Source: the human T2T-CHM13v2.0 reference genome, Homo sapiens. From it: a stretch of DNA of 64,000 nucleotides. The DNA lies in assembly GCF_009914755.1 (NCBI RefSeq), contig NC_060935.1; one strand, written 5' to 3'. The notes under the pieces were generated by a model. That model had not been told where the DNA came from, searched no databases, and worked only from the letters and a program-made list of their open reading frames with translations. Made by a program: the position numbers and the translations under genes. This document shows positions 39,301 through 53,700 of this stretch, piece after piece (the stretch's first letter is position 1; every line of letters starts with the position of its first letter).

Positions 39301-42300
39301 TTGGAAACGGGTTCATCTTCACAGAAAAACTAAACAGGAGCATTCTCAGAAACTGCTTTGTGATGTTTGTGTTCCACTTCAGGAATTGAACTTTCCTCTT
39401 GACAGAGCAGCTCTGAAACCCTCTTTTTCTAGAATCTGCAAGTGGACATTTGGAGGGCTTTGAGGCCTGTGGTGGAAAAGGAAAATCTTCACATAAAAAC
39501 TAGATGGAAGAATTCTCAGAAACTACTTTGTGATGATTGCATTCGACTCACAGAGTTGAACATTCCTATAGATAGAGCAGGTTGTAAACAATCTTTTTGT
39601 AGAATCTGCGATTGGAGATTTGGACTGCTTTGAGGCCTACTGCAGTAAAGGAAAGAACTTCATCTAAAAACCAAACGGAAGCATTCACAGACAATTCTTA
39701 GTGATCATTGGATTGAACTAAGAGAGCTGAACATTCCCTTAGATGGCGCAGTTTCCAAACACACTTTCTGTAGAATCTGCAAGTGGATATTTGGACCTCT
39801 CTGAGGATTTCGTTGGAAACGGGATAAACTTCCCAGAACTACACGGAAGCATTCTGAGAAACTTCTTTGTGATGTTTGCATTCAACTCACAGAGTTGAAC
39901 CTTGCTTTCATAGTTCAGCTTTCAAACACTCTTTTTGTAGAATCTGCAAGTGGATATTTGGACCACTTTGTGGCCTTCCTTCGAAACGGGTATATCTTCA
40001 CATCAAACCTAGACAGAAGCATTCTCAGAATGTTTCCTGTGATGACTGCATTCAACTCACAGAGGTGAACAATCCTGCTGATGCAGCAGTTTTGAAACTC
40101 TCTTTCTTTGGATTCTGCAAGTGGATATGTGGACCTCTGTGAAGATTTCGTTGGAAACGGGTTCATCTTCACAGAAAAACTAAACAGGAGCATTCTCAGA
40201 AACTGCTTTGTGATGTTTGTGTTCCACTTCAAGAATTGAACTTTCCTCTTGATAGAGCAGCTCTGAAACCCTCTTTTTCTAGAATCTGCAAGTGGACATT
40301 TGGAGGGCTTCGAGGCCTGTGGTGGAAAAGGAAAATCTTCACATAAAAACTAGATGTAAGCATTCTCAGAAACTACTTTGTGATGATTGCATTCGACTCA
40401 CAGAGTTGAACATTCCTATAGATAGAGCAGGTTGTAAACAATCTTTTTGTAGAATCTGCGATTGGAGATTTGGACTGCTTTGAGGCCTACTGTAGTAAAG
40501 GAAATAACTTCATCTAAAAACCAAACGGAAGCATTCACAGACAATTCTTAGTGATCATTGGATTGAACTAACAGAGCTGAACATTCCTTTAGATGGAGCA
40601 GTTTCCAAACACACTTTCTGTAGAATCTGCAAGTGGATATTTGGACCTCTCTGAGGATTTCGTTGGAAACGGGATAAACTTCCCAGAACTACACGGAAGT
40701 ATTCTGAGAAACTTCTTTGTGATGTTTGCATTCAACTCACAGAGTTGAACCTTGCTTTCATAGTTCAGCTTTCAAACACTCTTTTTGTAGAATCTGCAAG
40801 TGGATATTTGGACCACTTTGTGGCCTTCCTTCGAAACGGGTATATCTTCACATCAAACCTAGACAGAAGCATTCTCAGAATGTTTCCTGTGATGACTGCA
40901 TTCAACTCACAGAGGTGGACAATCCTGCTGATGGAGCAGTTTTGAAACTCTCTTTCTTTGGATTCTGCAAGTGGATATGTGGACCTCTGTGAAGATTTCG
41001 TTGGAAACGGGTTCATCTTCACAGAAAAACTAAACAGGAGCATTCTCAGAAACTGCTTTGTGATGTTTGTGTTCCACTTCAGGAATTGAACTTTCCTCTT
41101 GACAGAGCAGCTCTGAAACCCTCTTTTTCTAGAATCTGCAAGTGGACATTTGGAGGGCTTTGAGGCCTGTGGTGGAAAAGGAAAATCTTCACATAAAAAC
41201 TAGATGGAAGCATTCTCAGAAACTACTTTGTGATGATTGCATTCGACTCACAGAGTTGAACATTCCTATAGATAGAGCAGGTTGTAAACAATCTTTTTGT
41301 AGAATCTGCGATTGGAGATTTGGACTGCTTTGAGGCCTACTGCAGTAAAGGAAAGAACTTCATCTAAAAACCAAACGGAAGCATTCACAGACAATTCTTA
41401 GTGATCATTGGATTGAACTAAGAGAGCTGAACATTCCCTTAGATGGCGCAGTTTCCAAACACACTTTCTGTAGAATCTGCAAGTGGATATTTGGACCTCT
41501 CTGAGGATTTCGTTGGAAACGGGATAAACTTCCCAGAACTACACGGAAGCATTCTGAGAAACTTCTTTGTGATGTTTGCATTCAACTCACAGAGTTGAAC
41601 CTTGCTTTCATAGTTCAGCTTTCAAACACTCTTTTTGTAGAATCTGCAAGTGGATATTTGGACCACTTTGTGGCCTTCCTTCGAAACGGGTATATCTTCA
41701 CATCAAACCTAGACAGAACCATTCTCAGAATGTTTCCTGTGATGACTGCATTCAACTCACAGAGGTGAACAATCCTGCTGATGCAGCAGTTTTGAAACTC
41801 TCTTTCTTTGGATTCTGCAAGTGGATATGTGGACCTCTGTGAAGATTTCGTTGGAAACGTGTTCATCTTCACAGAAAAACTAAACAGGAGCATTCTCAGA
41901 AACTGCTTTGTGATGTTTGTGTTCCACTTCAAGAATTGAACTTTCCTCTTGATAGAGCAGCTCTGAAACCCTCTTTTTCTAGAATCTGCAAGTGGACATT
42001 TGGAGGGCTTCGAGGCCTGTGGTGGAAAAGGAAAATCTTCACATAAAAACTAGATGTAAGCATTCTCAGAAACTACTTTGTGATGATTGCATTCGACTCA
42101 CAGAGTTGAACATTCCTATAGATAGAGCAGGTTGTAAACAATCTTTTTGTAGAATCTGCGATTGGAGATTTGGACTGCTTTGAGGCCTACTGTAGTAAAG
42201 GAAATAACTTCATCTAAAAACCAAACGGAAGCATTCACAGACAATTCTTAGTGATCATTGGATTGAACTAACAGAGCTGAACATTCCTTTAGATGGAGCA

Positions 42301-43141
42301 GTTTCCAAACACACTTTCTGTAGAATCTGCAAGTGGATATTTGGACCTCTCTGAGGATTTCGTTGGAAACGGGATAAACTTCCCAGAACTACACGGAAGT
42401 ATTCTGAGAAACTTCTTTGTGATGTTTGCATTCAACTCACAGAGTTGAACCTTGCTTTCATAGTTCAGCTTTCAAACACTCTTTTTGTAGAATCTGCAAG
42501 TGGATATTTGGACCACTTTGTGGCCTTCCTTCGAAACGGGTATATCTTCACATCAAACCTAGACAGAAGCATTCTCAGAATGTTTCCTGTGATGACTGCA
42601 TTCAACTCACAGAGGTGGACAATCCTGCTGATGGAGCAGTTTTGAAACTCTCTTTCTTTGGATTCTGCAAGTGGATATGTGGACCTCTGTGAAGATTTCG
42701 TTGGAAACGGGTTCATCTTCACAGAAAAACTAAACAGGAGCATTCTCAGAAACTGCTTTGTGATGTTTGTGTTCCACTTCAGGAATTGAACTTTCCTCTT
42801 GACAGAGCAGCTCTGAAACCCTCTTTTTCTAGAATCTGCAAGTGGACATTTGGAGGGCTTTGAGGCCTGTGGTGGAAAAGGAAAATCTTCACATAAAAAC
42901 TAGATGGAAGCATTCTCAGAAACTACTTTGTGATGATTGCATTCGACTCACAGAGTTGAACATTCCTATAGATAGAGCAGGTTGTAAACAATCTTTTTGT
43001 AGAATCTGCGATTGGAGATTTGGACTGCTTTGAGGCCTACTGCAGTAAAGGAAAGAACTTCATCTAAAAACCAAACGGAAGCATTCACAGACAATTCTTA
43101 GTGATCATTGGATTGAACTAAGAGAGCTGAACATTCCCTTA
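36339..43141 (+). repeat. Nested super-repeat: four 1,700-bp (2-HOR) units arranged as two 3,400-bp (4-HOR) units
   Basis: HORs at 36892, 38592, 40292 and 41992 share CTTCGAGG, ATGTAAG, AAGTATTC and GGTGGAC. The alternate HORs share ATGCAGC and/or TGCAGTAAAGGAAAG. Only 37742 and 41142 share AGAACCATT and the CGTG box. Confidence 0.93.
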
Positions 43142-46100
43142 TATGGCGCAGTTTCCAAACACACTTTCTGTAGAATCTGCAAGTGGATATTTGGACCTCT
43201 CTGAGGATTTCGTTGGAAACGGGATAAACTTCCCAGAACTACACGGAAGCATTCTGAGAAACTTCTTTGTGATGTTTGCATTCAACTCACAGAGTTGAAC
43301 CTTGCTTTCATAGTTCAGCTTTCAAACACTCTTTTTGTAGAATCTGCAAGTGGATATTTGGACCACTTTGTTGCCTTCCTTCGAAACGGGTATATCTTCA
43401 CATCAAACCTAGACAGAAGCATTCTCAGAATGTTTCCTGTGATGACTGCATTCAACTCACAGAGGTGAACAATCGTGCTGATGGAGCAGTTTTGAAACTC
43501 TCTTTCTTTGGATTCTGCAAGTGGATATGTGGACCTCTGTGAAGATTTCGTTGGAAAAGTGTTCGTCTTCACAGAAAAACTAAACAGAAGCATTCTCAGA
43601 AACTGCTTTGTGATGTTTTTGTTCCACTTCAGGAATTGAACTTTCCTCTTGACGGAGCAGCTCTGAAACCCTCTTATTCTAGAATCTGCAAGTGGACATT
43701 TGGAGGGCTTTGAGGCCTGTGGTGGAAAAGGAAATCTTCACATAAAAACTAGATGGAAGCATTCTCAGAAACTACTTTGTGATGATTGCATTCGACTCAC
43801 AGAGTTGAACATTCCTATAGATAGAGCAGGTTGTAAACAATCTTTTTGTAGAATCTGCGATTGGAGATTTGGACTGCTTTGAGGCCTACTGTAGTAAAGG
43901 AAATAACTTCATCTAAAAACCAAACGGAAGCATTCACAGACAATTCATAGTGATCATTGGATTGAACTAACAGAGCTGAACATTCCTTTAGATGGCGCAG
44001 TTTCCAAACACACTTTCTGTAGAATCTGCAAGTGGATATTTGGACCTCTCTGAGGATTTCGTTGGAAACGGGATAAACTTCCCAGAACTACACGGAAGCA
44101 TTGTGAGAAACTTCTTTGTGATGTTTGCATTCAACTCACAGAGTTGAACCTTGCTTTCATAGTTCAGCTTTCAAACACTCTTTTTGTAGAATCTGCAAGT
44201 GGATATTTGGACCACTTTGTGGCCTTCCTTCGAAACGGGTATATCTTCACATCAAACCTAGACAGAAGCATTCTCAGAATGTTTCCTGTGATGACTGCAT
44301 TCAACTCACAGAGGTGAACAATCCTGCTGATGGAGCAGTTTTGAAACTCTCTTTCTTTGGATTCTGCAAGTGGATATGTGGACCTCTGTGAAGATTTCGT
44401 TGGAAACGGGTTCATCTTCACAGAAAAAGTAAACAGGAGCATTCTCAGAAACTGCTTTGTGATGTTTGTGTTCCACTTCAAGAATTGAACTTTCCTCTTG
44501 ACAGAGCAGCTCTGAAACCCTCTTTTTCTAGAATCTGCAAGTGGACATTTGGAGGGCTTTGAGGCCTGTGGTGGAAAAGGAAAATCTTCACATAAAAACT
44601 AGATGGAAGCATTCTCAGAAACTACTTTGTGATGATTGCATTCGACTCACAGAGTTGAACATTCCTATAGATAGAGCAGGTTGTAAACAATCTTTTTGTA
44701 GAATCTGCGATTGGAGATTTGGACTGCTTTGAGGCCTACTGTAGTAAAGGAAATAACTTCATCTAAAAACCAAACGGAAGCATTCACAGACAATTCTTAG
44801 TGATCATTGGATTGAACTAACAGAGCTGAACATTCCTTTAGATGGCGCAGTTTCCAAACACACTTTCTGTAGAATCTGCAAGTGGATATTTGGACCTCTC
44901 TGAGGATTTCGTTGGAAACGGGATAAACTTCCCAGAACTACACGGAAGCATTGTGAGAAACTTCTTTGTGATGTTTGCATTCAACTCACAGAGTTGAACC
45001 TTGCTTTCATAGTTCAGCTTTCAAACACTCTTTTTGTAGAATCTGCAAGTGGATATTTGGACCACTTTGTGGCCTTCCTTCGAAACGGGTATATCTTCAC
45101 ATCAAACCTAGACAGAAGCATTCTCAGAATGTTTCCTGTGATGACTGCATTCAACTCACAGAGGTGAACAATCCTGCTGATGGAGCAGTTTTGAAACTCT
45201 CTTTCTTTGGATTCTGCAAGTGGATATGTGGACCTCTGTGAAGATTTCGTTGGAAAGGGTTCATCTTCACAGAAAAACTAAACAGGAGCATTCTCAGAAA
45301 CTGCTTTGTGATGTTTGTGTTCCACTTCAAGAATTGAACTTTCCTCTTGACAGAGCAGCTCTGAAACCCTCTTTTTCTAGAATCTGCAAGTGGACATTTG
45401 GAGGGCTTTGAGGCCTGTGGTGGAAAAGGAAAATCTTCACATAAAAACTAGATGGAAGCATTCCCAGAAACTACTTTGTGATGATTGCATTCGACTCACA
45501 GAGTTGAACATTCCTATAGATAGAGCAGGTTGTAAACAATCTTTTTGTAGAATCTGCGATTGGAGATTTGGACTGCTTTGAGGCCTACTGTAGTAAAGGA
45601 AATAACTTCATCTAAAAACCAAACAGAAGCATTCACAGACAATTCATAGTGATCATTGGATTGAACTAACAGAGCTGAACATTCCTTTAGATGGCGCAGT
45701 TTCCAAACACACTTTCCGTAGAATCTGCAAGTGGATATTTGGACCTCTCTGAGGATTTCGTTGGAAACGGGATAAACTTCCCAGAACTACACGGAAGCAT
45801 TCTGAGAAACTTCTTTGTGATGTTTGCATTCAACTCACAGAGTTGAACCTTGCTTTCATAGTTCAGCTTTCAAACACTCTTTTTGTAGAATCTGCAAGTG
45901 GATATTTGGACCACTTTGTGGCCTTCCTTCGAAACGGGTATATCTTCACATCAAACCTAGACAGAAGCATTCTCAGAATGTTTCCTGTGATGACTGCATT
46001 CGACTCACAGAGGTGAACAATCCTGCTGATGGAGCAGTTTTGAAACTCTCTTTCTTTGGATTCTGCAAGTGGATATGTGGACTTCTGTGAAGACTTCGTT

Positions 46101-49100
46101 GGAAACGGGTTCATCTTCACAGAAAAACTAAACAGAAGCATTCTCAGAAACTGCTTTGTGATGTTTTTGTTCCACTTCAGGAATTGAACTTTCCTCTTGA
46201 CAGAGCAGCTCTGAAACCCTCTTATTCTAGAATCTGCAAGTGGACATTTGGAGGGCTTTGAGGCCTGTGGTGGAAAAGGAAAATCTTCACATAAAAACTA
46301 GATGGAAGCATTCTCAGAAACTACTTTGTGATGATTGCATTCGACTCACAGAGTTGAACATTCCTATAGATAGAGCAGGTTGTAAACAATCTTTTTGTAG
46401 AATCTGCGATTGGAGATTTGGACTGCTTTGAGGCCTACTGTAGTAAAGGAAATAACTTCATCTAAAAACCAAACGGAAGCATTCACAGACAATTCTTAGT
46501 GATCATTGGATTGAACTAACAGAGCTGAACATTCCTTTAGATGGAGCAGTTTCCAAACACACTTTCTGTAGAATCTGCAAGTGCATATTTGGACTTCTCT
46601 GAGGATTTCGTTGGAAAGGGGATAAACTTCCCAGAACTACACGGAAGCATTCTGAGAAACTTCTTTGTGATGTTTGCATTCAACTCACAGAGTTGAACCT
46701 TGCTTTCATAGTTCAGCTTTCAAACACTCTTTTTCTAGAATCTGCAAGTGGATATTTGGACCACTTTGTGGCCTTCCTTCGAAACGGGTATATCTTCACA
46801 TCAAACCTAGACAGAAGCATTCTCAGAATGTTTCCTGTGATGACTGCATTCAACTCACAGAGGTGAACAATCCTGTTGATGGAGCAGTTTTGAAACTCTC
46901 TTTCTTTGGATTCTGCAAGTGGATATGTGGAACTCTGTGAAGATTTCGTTGGAAACGGGTTCATCTTCACAGAAAAACTAAACAGGAGCATTCTCAGAAA
47001 CTGCTTTGTGATGTTTGTGTTCCACTTCAAGAATTGAACTTTCCTCTTGACAGAGCAGCTCTGAAACCCTCTTTTTCTAGAATCTGCAAGTGGACATTTG
47101 GAGGGCTTTGAGGCCTGTGGTGGAAAAGGAAAATCTTCACATAAAAACTAGATGGAAGCATTCTCAGACACTACTTTGTGATGATTGCATTCGACTCACA
47201 GTGTTGAACATTCCTATAGATAGAGCAGGTTGTAAACAATCTTTTTGTAGAATCTGCGATTGGAGATTTGGACTGCTTTGAGGCCTACTGTAGTAAAGGA
47301 AATAACTTCATCTAAAAACCAAACGGAGGCATTCACAGACAATTCTTAGTGATCATTGGATTGAACTAACAGAGCTGAACATTCCTTTAGATGGAGCAGT
47401 TTCCAAACACACTTTCTGTAGAATCTGCAAGTGGATATTTGGACCTCTCTGAGGATTTCGTTGGAAACGGGATAAACTTCCCAGAACTACACGGAAGCAT
47501 TCTGAGAAACTTCTTTGTGATGTTTGCATTCAACTCACAGAGTTGAACCTTGCTTTCATAGTTCAGCTTTCAAACACTCTTTTTGTAGAATCTGCAAGTG
47601 GATATTTGGACCACTTTGTTGCCTTCCTTCGAAACGTGTATATCTTCACATCAAACCTAGACAGAAGCATTCTCAGAATGTTTCCTGTGATGACTGCATT
47701 CAACTCACAGAGGTGAACAATCCTGCTGATGGAGCAGTTTTGAAACTCTCTTTCTTTGGATTCTGCAAGTGGATATGTGGACCTCTGTGAAGATTTCGTT
47801 GGAAACGGGTTCGTCTTCACAGAAAAACTAAACAGAAGCATTCTCAGAAACTGCTTTGTGATGTTTTTGTTCCACTTCAGGAATTGAACTTTCCTCTTGA
47901 CGGAGCAGCTCTGAAACCCTCTTATTCTAGAATCTGCAAGTGGACATTTGGAGGGCTTTCAGGCCTGTGGTGGAAAAGGAAATCTTCACATAAAAACTAG
48001 ATGGAAGCATTCTCAGAAACTACTTTGTGATGATTGCATTCGACTCACAGAGTTGAACATTCCTATAGATAGAGCAGGTTTTAAACAATCTTTTTGTAGA
48101 ATCTGCGATTGGAGATTTGGACTGCTTTGAGGCCTACTGTAGTAAAGGAAATAACTTCATCTAAAAACCAAACGGAAACATTCACAGACAATTCTTAGTG
48201 ATCATTGGATTGAACTAACAGAGCTGAACATTCCTTTAGGTGGAGCAGTTTCCATACACATTTTCTGTAGAATCTGCAAGTGGATATTTGGACCTCTCTG
48301 AGGATTTCGTTGGAAACGGGATAAACTTCCCAGAACTACACGGAAGTATTCTGAGAAACTTCTTTGTGATGTTTGCATTCAACTCACAGAGTTGAACCTT
48401 GCTTTCATAGTTCAGCTTTCAAACACTCTTTTTGTAGAATCTGCAAGTGGATATTTGGACCACTTTGTGGCCTTCCTTCGAAACGGGTGTATCTTCACAT
48501 CAAACCTAGACAGAAGCATTCTCAGAATGTTTCCTGTGATGACTGCATTCAACTCACAGAGGTGAACAATCCTGCTGTTGGAGCAGTTTTGAAACTCTCT
48601 TTCTTTGGATTCTGCAAGTGGATATGTGGACCTCTGTGAAGATTTCGTTGGAAACGGGTTCATCTTCACAGAAAAATTAAACAGGAGCATTCTCAGAAAC
48701 TGCTTTGTGATGTTTGTGTTCCACTTCAGGAATTGAACTTTCCTCTTGACAGAGCAGCTCTGAAACCCTCTTTTTCTAGAATCTGCAAGTGGACATTTGG
48801 AGGGCTTTGAGGCCTGTGGTGGAAAAGGAAAATCTTCACATAAAAACTAGATGGAAGCATTCTCAGAAACTACTTTGTGATGATTGCATTCGACTCACAG
48901 AGTTGAACATTCCTATAGATAGAGCAGGTTGTAAACAATCTTTTTGTAGAATCTGCGATTGGAGATTTCGACTGCTTTGAGGCCTACTGTAGTAAAGGAA
49001 ATAACTTCATCTAAAAACCAAACGGAGGCATTCACAGACAATTCTTAGTGATCATTGGATTGAACTAACAGAGCTGAACATTCCCTTAGATGGCGCAGTT

Positions 49101-50789
49101 TCCAAACACACTTTCTGTAGAATCTGCAAGTGGATATTTGGACCTCTCTGAGGATTTCGTTGGAAACGGGATAAACTTCCCAGAACTACACGGAAGTATT
49201 CTGAGAAACTTCTTTGTGATGTTTGCATTCAACTCACAGAGTTGAACCTTGCTTTCATAGTTCAGCTTTCAAACACTCTTTTTGTAGAATCTGCAAGTGG
49301 ATATTTGGACCACTTTGTGGCCTTCCTTCGAAACGGGTATATCTTCACATCAAACCTAGACAGAAGCATTCTCAGAATGTTTCCTGTGATGACTGCATTC
49401 AACTCACAGAGGTGGACAATCCTGCTGATGGAGCAGTTTTGAAACTCTCTTTCTTTGGATTCTGCAAGTGGATATGTGGACCTCTGTGAAGATTTCGTTG
49501 GAATCGGGTTCATCTTCACAGAAAAATTAACAGGAGCATTCTCAGAAACTGCTTTGTGATGTTTGTGTTCCACTTCAGGAATTGAACTTTCCTCTTGACA
49601 GAGCAGCTCTGAAACCCTCTTTTTCTAGAATCTGCAAGTGGACATTTGGAGGGCTTTGAGGCCTGTGGTGGAAAAGGAAAATCTTTACATAAAAACTAGA
49701 TGGAAGCATTCTCAGAAACTACTTTGTGATGATTGCATTCGACTCACAGAGTTGAACATTCCTATAGATAGAGCAGGTTGTAAACAATCTTTTTGTAGAA
49801 TCTGTGATTGGAGATTTGGACTGCTTTGAGGCCTACTGCAGTAAAGGAAAGAACTTCATCTGAAAACCAAACGGAAGCATTCACAGACAATTCTTAGTGA
49901 TCATTGGATTGAACTAACACAGCTGAACATTCCCTTAGATGGCGCAGTTTCCAAACACACTTTCTGTAGAATCTGCAAGTGGATATTTGGACCTCTCTGA
50001 GGATTTCGTTGGAAACGGGATAAACTTCCCAGAACTACACGGAAGCATTCTGAGAAACTTCTTTGTGATGTTTGCATTCAACTCACAGGGTTGAACCTTG
50101 CTTTCATAGTTCAGCTTTCAAACACTCTTTTTGTAGAATCTGCAAGTGGATATTTGGACCACTTTGTGGCCTTCCTTCGAAACGGGTATATCTTCACATC
50201 AAACCTAGACAGAAGCATTCTCAGAATGTTTCCTGTGATGACTGCATTCGACTCACAGAGGTGAACAATCCTGCTGATGGAGCAGTTTTGAAACTCTCTT
50301 TCTTTGGATTCTGCAAGTGGATATGTGGACCTCTGTGAAGATTTCGTTGGAAACGGGTTCGTCGTCACAGAAAAACTAAACAGAAGCATTCTCAGAAACT
50401 GCTTTGTGATGTTTTTGTTCCACTTCAGGAATTGAACTTTCCTCTTGACGGAGCAGCTCTGAAACCCTCTTATTCTAGAATCTGCAAGTGGACATTTGGA
50501 GGACTTTGAGGCCTGTGGTGGAAAAGGAAAATCTTCACATAAAAACTAGATGGAAGCATTCTCAGAAACTACTTTGTGATGATTGCATTCGACTCACAGA
50601 TTTGAACATTCCTATAGATAGAGCAGGTTTTAAACAATCTTTTTGTAGAATCTGCGATTGGAGATTTGGACTGCTTTGAGGCCTACTGTAGTAAAGGAAA
50701 TAACTTCATCTAAAAACCAAACGGAAGCATTCACAGACAATTCTTAGTGATCATTGGATTGAACTAACAGAGCTGAACATTCCCTTAGA

Positions 50790-53700
50790 TGGTGCAGTTT
50801 CCAAACACACTTTCTGTAGAATCTGCAAGTGGATATTTGGACCTCTCTGAGGATTTCTTTGGAAACGGGATAAACTTCCCAGAACTACACGGAAGCATTG
50901 TGAGAAACTTCTTTGTGATGTTTGCATTCAACTCACAGAGTTGAACCTTGCTTTCATAGTTCAGCTTTCACACACTCTTTTTGTAGAATCTGCAAGTGGA
51001 TATTTGGACCACTTTGTGGCCTTCCTTCGAAACGGGTATATCTTCACATGAAACCTAGACAGAAGCATTCTCAGAATGTTTCCTGTGATGACTGCATTCA
51101 ACTCACAGAGGTGAACAATCCTGTGGATGGAGCAGTTTTGAAACTCTCTTTCTTTGGATTCTGCAAGTGGATATGTGGACCTCTGTGAAGATTTCGTTGG
51201 AAACGGGTTCATCTTCACAGGAAAACTAAACAGGAGCATTCTCAGAAACTGCTTTGTGATGTTTGTGTTCCACTTCAGGAATTGAACTTTCCTCTTGACA
51301 GAGCAGCTCTGAAACCCTCTTCTTCTAGAATCTGCAAGTGGACATTTGGAGGGCTTTGATGCCTGTGGTGGAAAAGGAAAATCTTCACATAAAAACTAGA
51401 TGGAAGCATTCTCAGAAACTACTTTGTGATGATTGCATTCGACTCACAGAGTTGAACATTCCTATAGATAGAGCAGGTTGTAAACAATCTTTTTGTAGAA
51501 TCTGCGATTGGAGATTTGGACTGCTTTGAGGCCTACTGTAGTAAAGGAAATAACTTCATCTAAAAACCAAACGGAAGCATTCACAGACAATTCATAGTGA
51601 TCATTGGATTGAACTAACAGAGCTGAACATTCCTTTAGATGGAGCAGTTTCCAAACACACTTTCTGTAGAATCTGCAAGTGGATATTTGGACTTCTCTGA
51701 GGATTTCGTTGGAAACGGGATAAACTTCCCAGAACTACACGGAAGCATTCTGAGAAACTTCTTTGTGATGTTTGCATTCAACTCACAGAGTTGAACCTTG
51801 CTTTCATAGTTCAGCTTTCAAACACTCTTTTTGTAGAATCTGCAAGTGGATATTTGGACCACTTTTTGGCCTTCCTTCGAAACGGGTATATCTTCACATC
51901 AAACCTAGACAGAAGCATTCTCAGAATGTTTCCTGTGATGACTGCATTCAACTCACAGAGGTGAACCATCCTGCTGATGGAGCAGTTTTGAAACTCTCTT
52001 TCTTTGGATTCTGCAAGTGGATATGTGGACCTCTGTGAAGATTTCGTTGGAAACGGGTTCATCTTCACAGAAAAACTAAACAGGAGCATTCTCAGAAACT
52101 GCTTTGTGATGTTTGTGTTCCACCTCAAGAATTGAACTTTCCTCTTGACAGAGCAGCTCTGAAACCCTCTTTTTCTAGAATCTGCAAGTGGACATTTGGA
52201 GGGCTTTGAGGCCTGTGGTGGAAAAGGAAAATCTTCACATAAAAACTAGATGGAAGCATTCTCAGAAACTACTTTGTGATGATGGCATTCGACTCACAGA
52301 GTTGAACATTCCTATAGATAGAGCAGGTTGAAAACAATCTTTTTGTAGAATCTGCGATTGGAGATTTGGACTGCTTTGAGGCCTACTGTAGTAAAGGAAA
52401 TAACTTCATCTAAAAACCAAACGGAAGCATTCACAGACAATTCTTAGTGATCATTGGATTGAACTAACAGAGCTGAACATTCCTTTAGATGGCGCAGTTT
52501 CCAAACACACTTTCTGTAGCATCTGCAAGTGGATATTTGGACCTCTCTGAGGATTTCGTTGGAAACGGGATAAGCTTCCCAGAAATACACGGAAGCATTG
52601 TGAGGAACTTCATTGTGATGTTTGCATTCAACTCACAGAGTTGAACCTTGCTTTCATAGTTCAGCTTTCAAACACTCTTTTTGTAGAATCTGCAAGTGGA
52701 TATTTGGACCACTTTATGGCCTTCCTTCGAAACGGGTATATCTTCACATCAAACCTAGACAGAAGCATTCTCAGAATGTTTCCTGTGATGACTGCATTCA
52801 ACTCACAGAGGTGAACCATCCTGTTGATGGAGCAGTTTTGAAACTCTCTTTCTTTGGATTCTGCAAGTGGATATGTGGACCTCTGTGAAGATTTCGTTGG
52901 AAACGGGTTCATCTTCACAGAAAAACTAAACAGGAGCATTCTCAGAAACTGCTTTGTGATGTTTGTGTTCCACTTCAAGAATTGAACTTTCCTCCTGACA
53001 GAGCAGCTCTGAAACCCTCTTTTTCTAGAATCTGCAAGTGGACATTTGGAGGGCTTTGAGGCCTGTGGTGGAAAAGGAAAATCTTCACATAAAAACTAGA
53101 TGGAAGCATTCTCCGAAACTACTTTGTGATGATTGCATTCGACTCACAGAGTTGAACATTCCTATAGATAGAGCAGGTTGTAAACAATCTTTTTGTAGAA
53201 TCTGCGATTGGAGATTTGGACTGCTTTGAGGCCTACTGTAGTAAAGGAAATAACTTCATCTAAAAACCAAACGGAAGCATTCACAGACAATTCTTAGTGA
53301 TCATTGGATTGAACTAACAGAGCTGAACATTCCTTTAGATGGCGCAGTTTCCAAACACACTTTCTGTACAATCTGCAAGTGGATATTTGGACCTCTCTGA
53401 GGATTTCGTTGGAAACGGGATAAACTTCCCAGAACTACACGGAAGCATTCTGAGAAACTTCTTTGTGATGTTTGCATTCAACTCACAGAGTTGAACCTTG
53501 CTTTCATAGTTCAGCTTTCAAACACTCTTTTTGTAGAATCTGCAAGTGGATATTTGGACCACTTTGTTGCCTTCCTTCGAAACGGGTATATCTTCACATC
53601 AAACCTAGACAGAAGCATTCTCAGAATGTTTCCTGTGATGACTGCATTCAACTCACAGAGGTGAACAATCCTGCTGATGGAGCAGTTTTGAAACTCTCTT

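Noticed and set aside
25505-45411. Novel-looking chimeric ORFs (...DVCVPLQELNFPLDRAALKPSFSRICKWTFGGL at 25505, 31623, 45220)
   Set aside because: They are by-products of the monomer duplication junction and of a 1-bp deletion in a CENP-B box, with no evidence of coding function.
27740-49509. Box variants TTCGTAGGAAACGGG (27740 and its copy at 33858), CTTCGTTGG (46094) and GGAATCGGG (49493) as lost CENP-B sites
   Set aside because: The changes fall outside the nine core positions of NTTCGNNNNANNCGGGN, so these were counted as intact.
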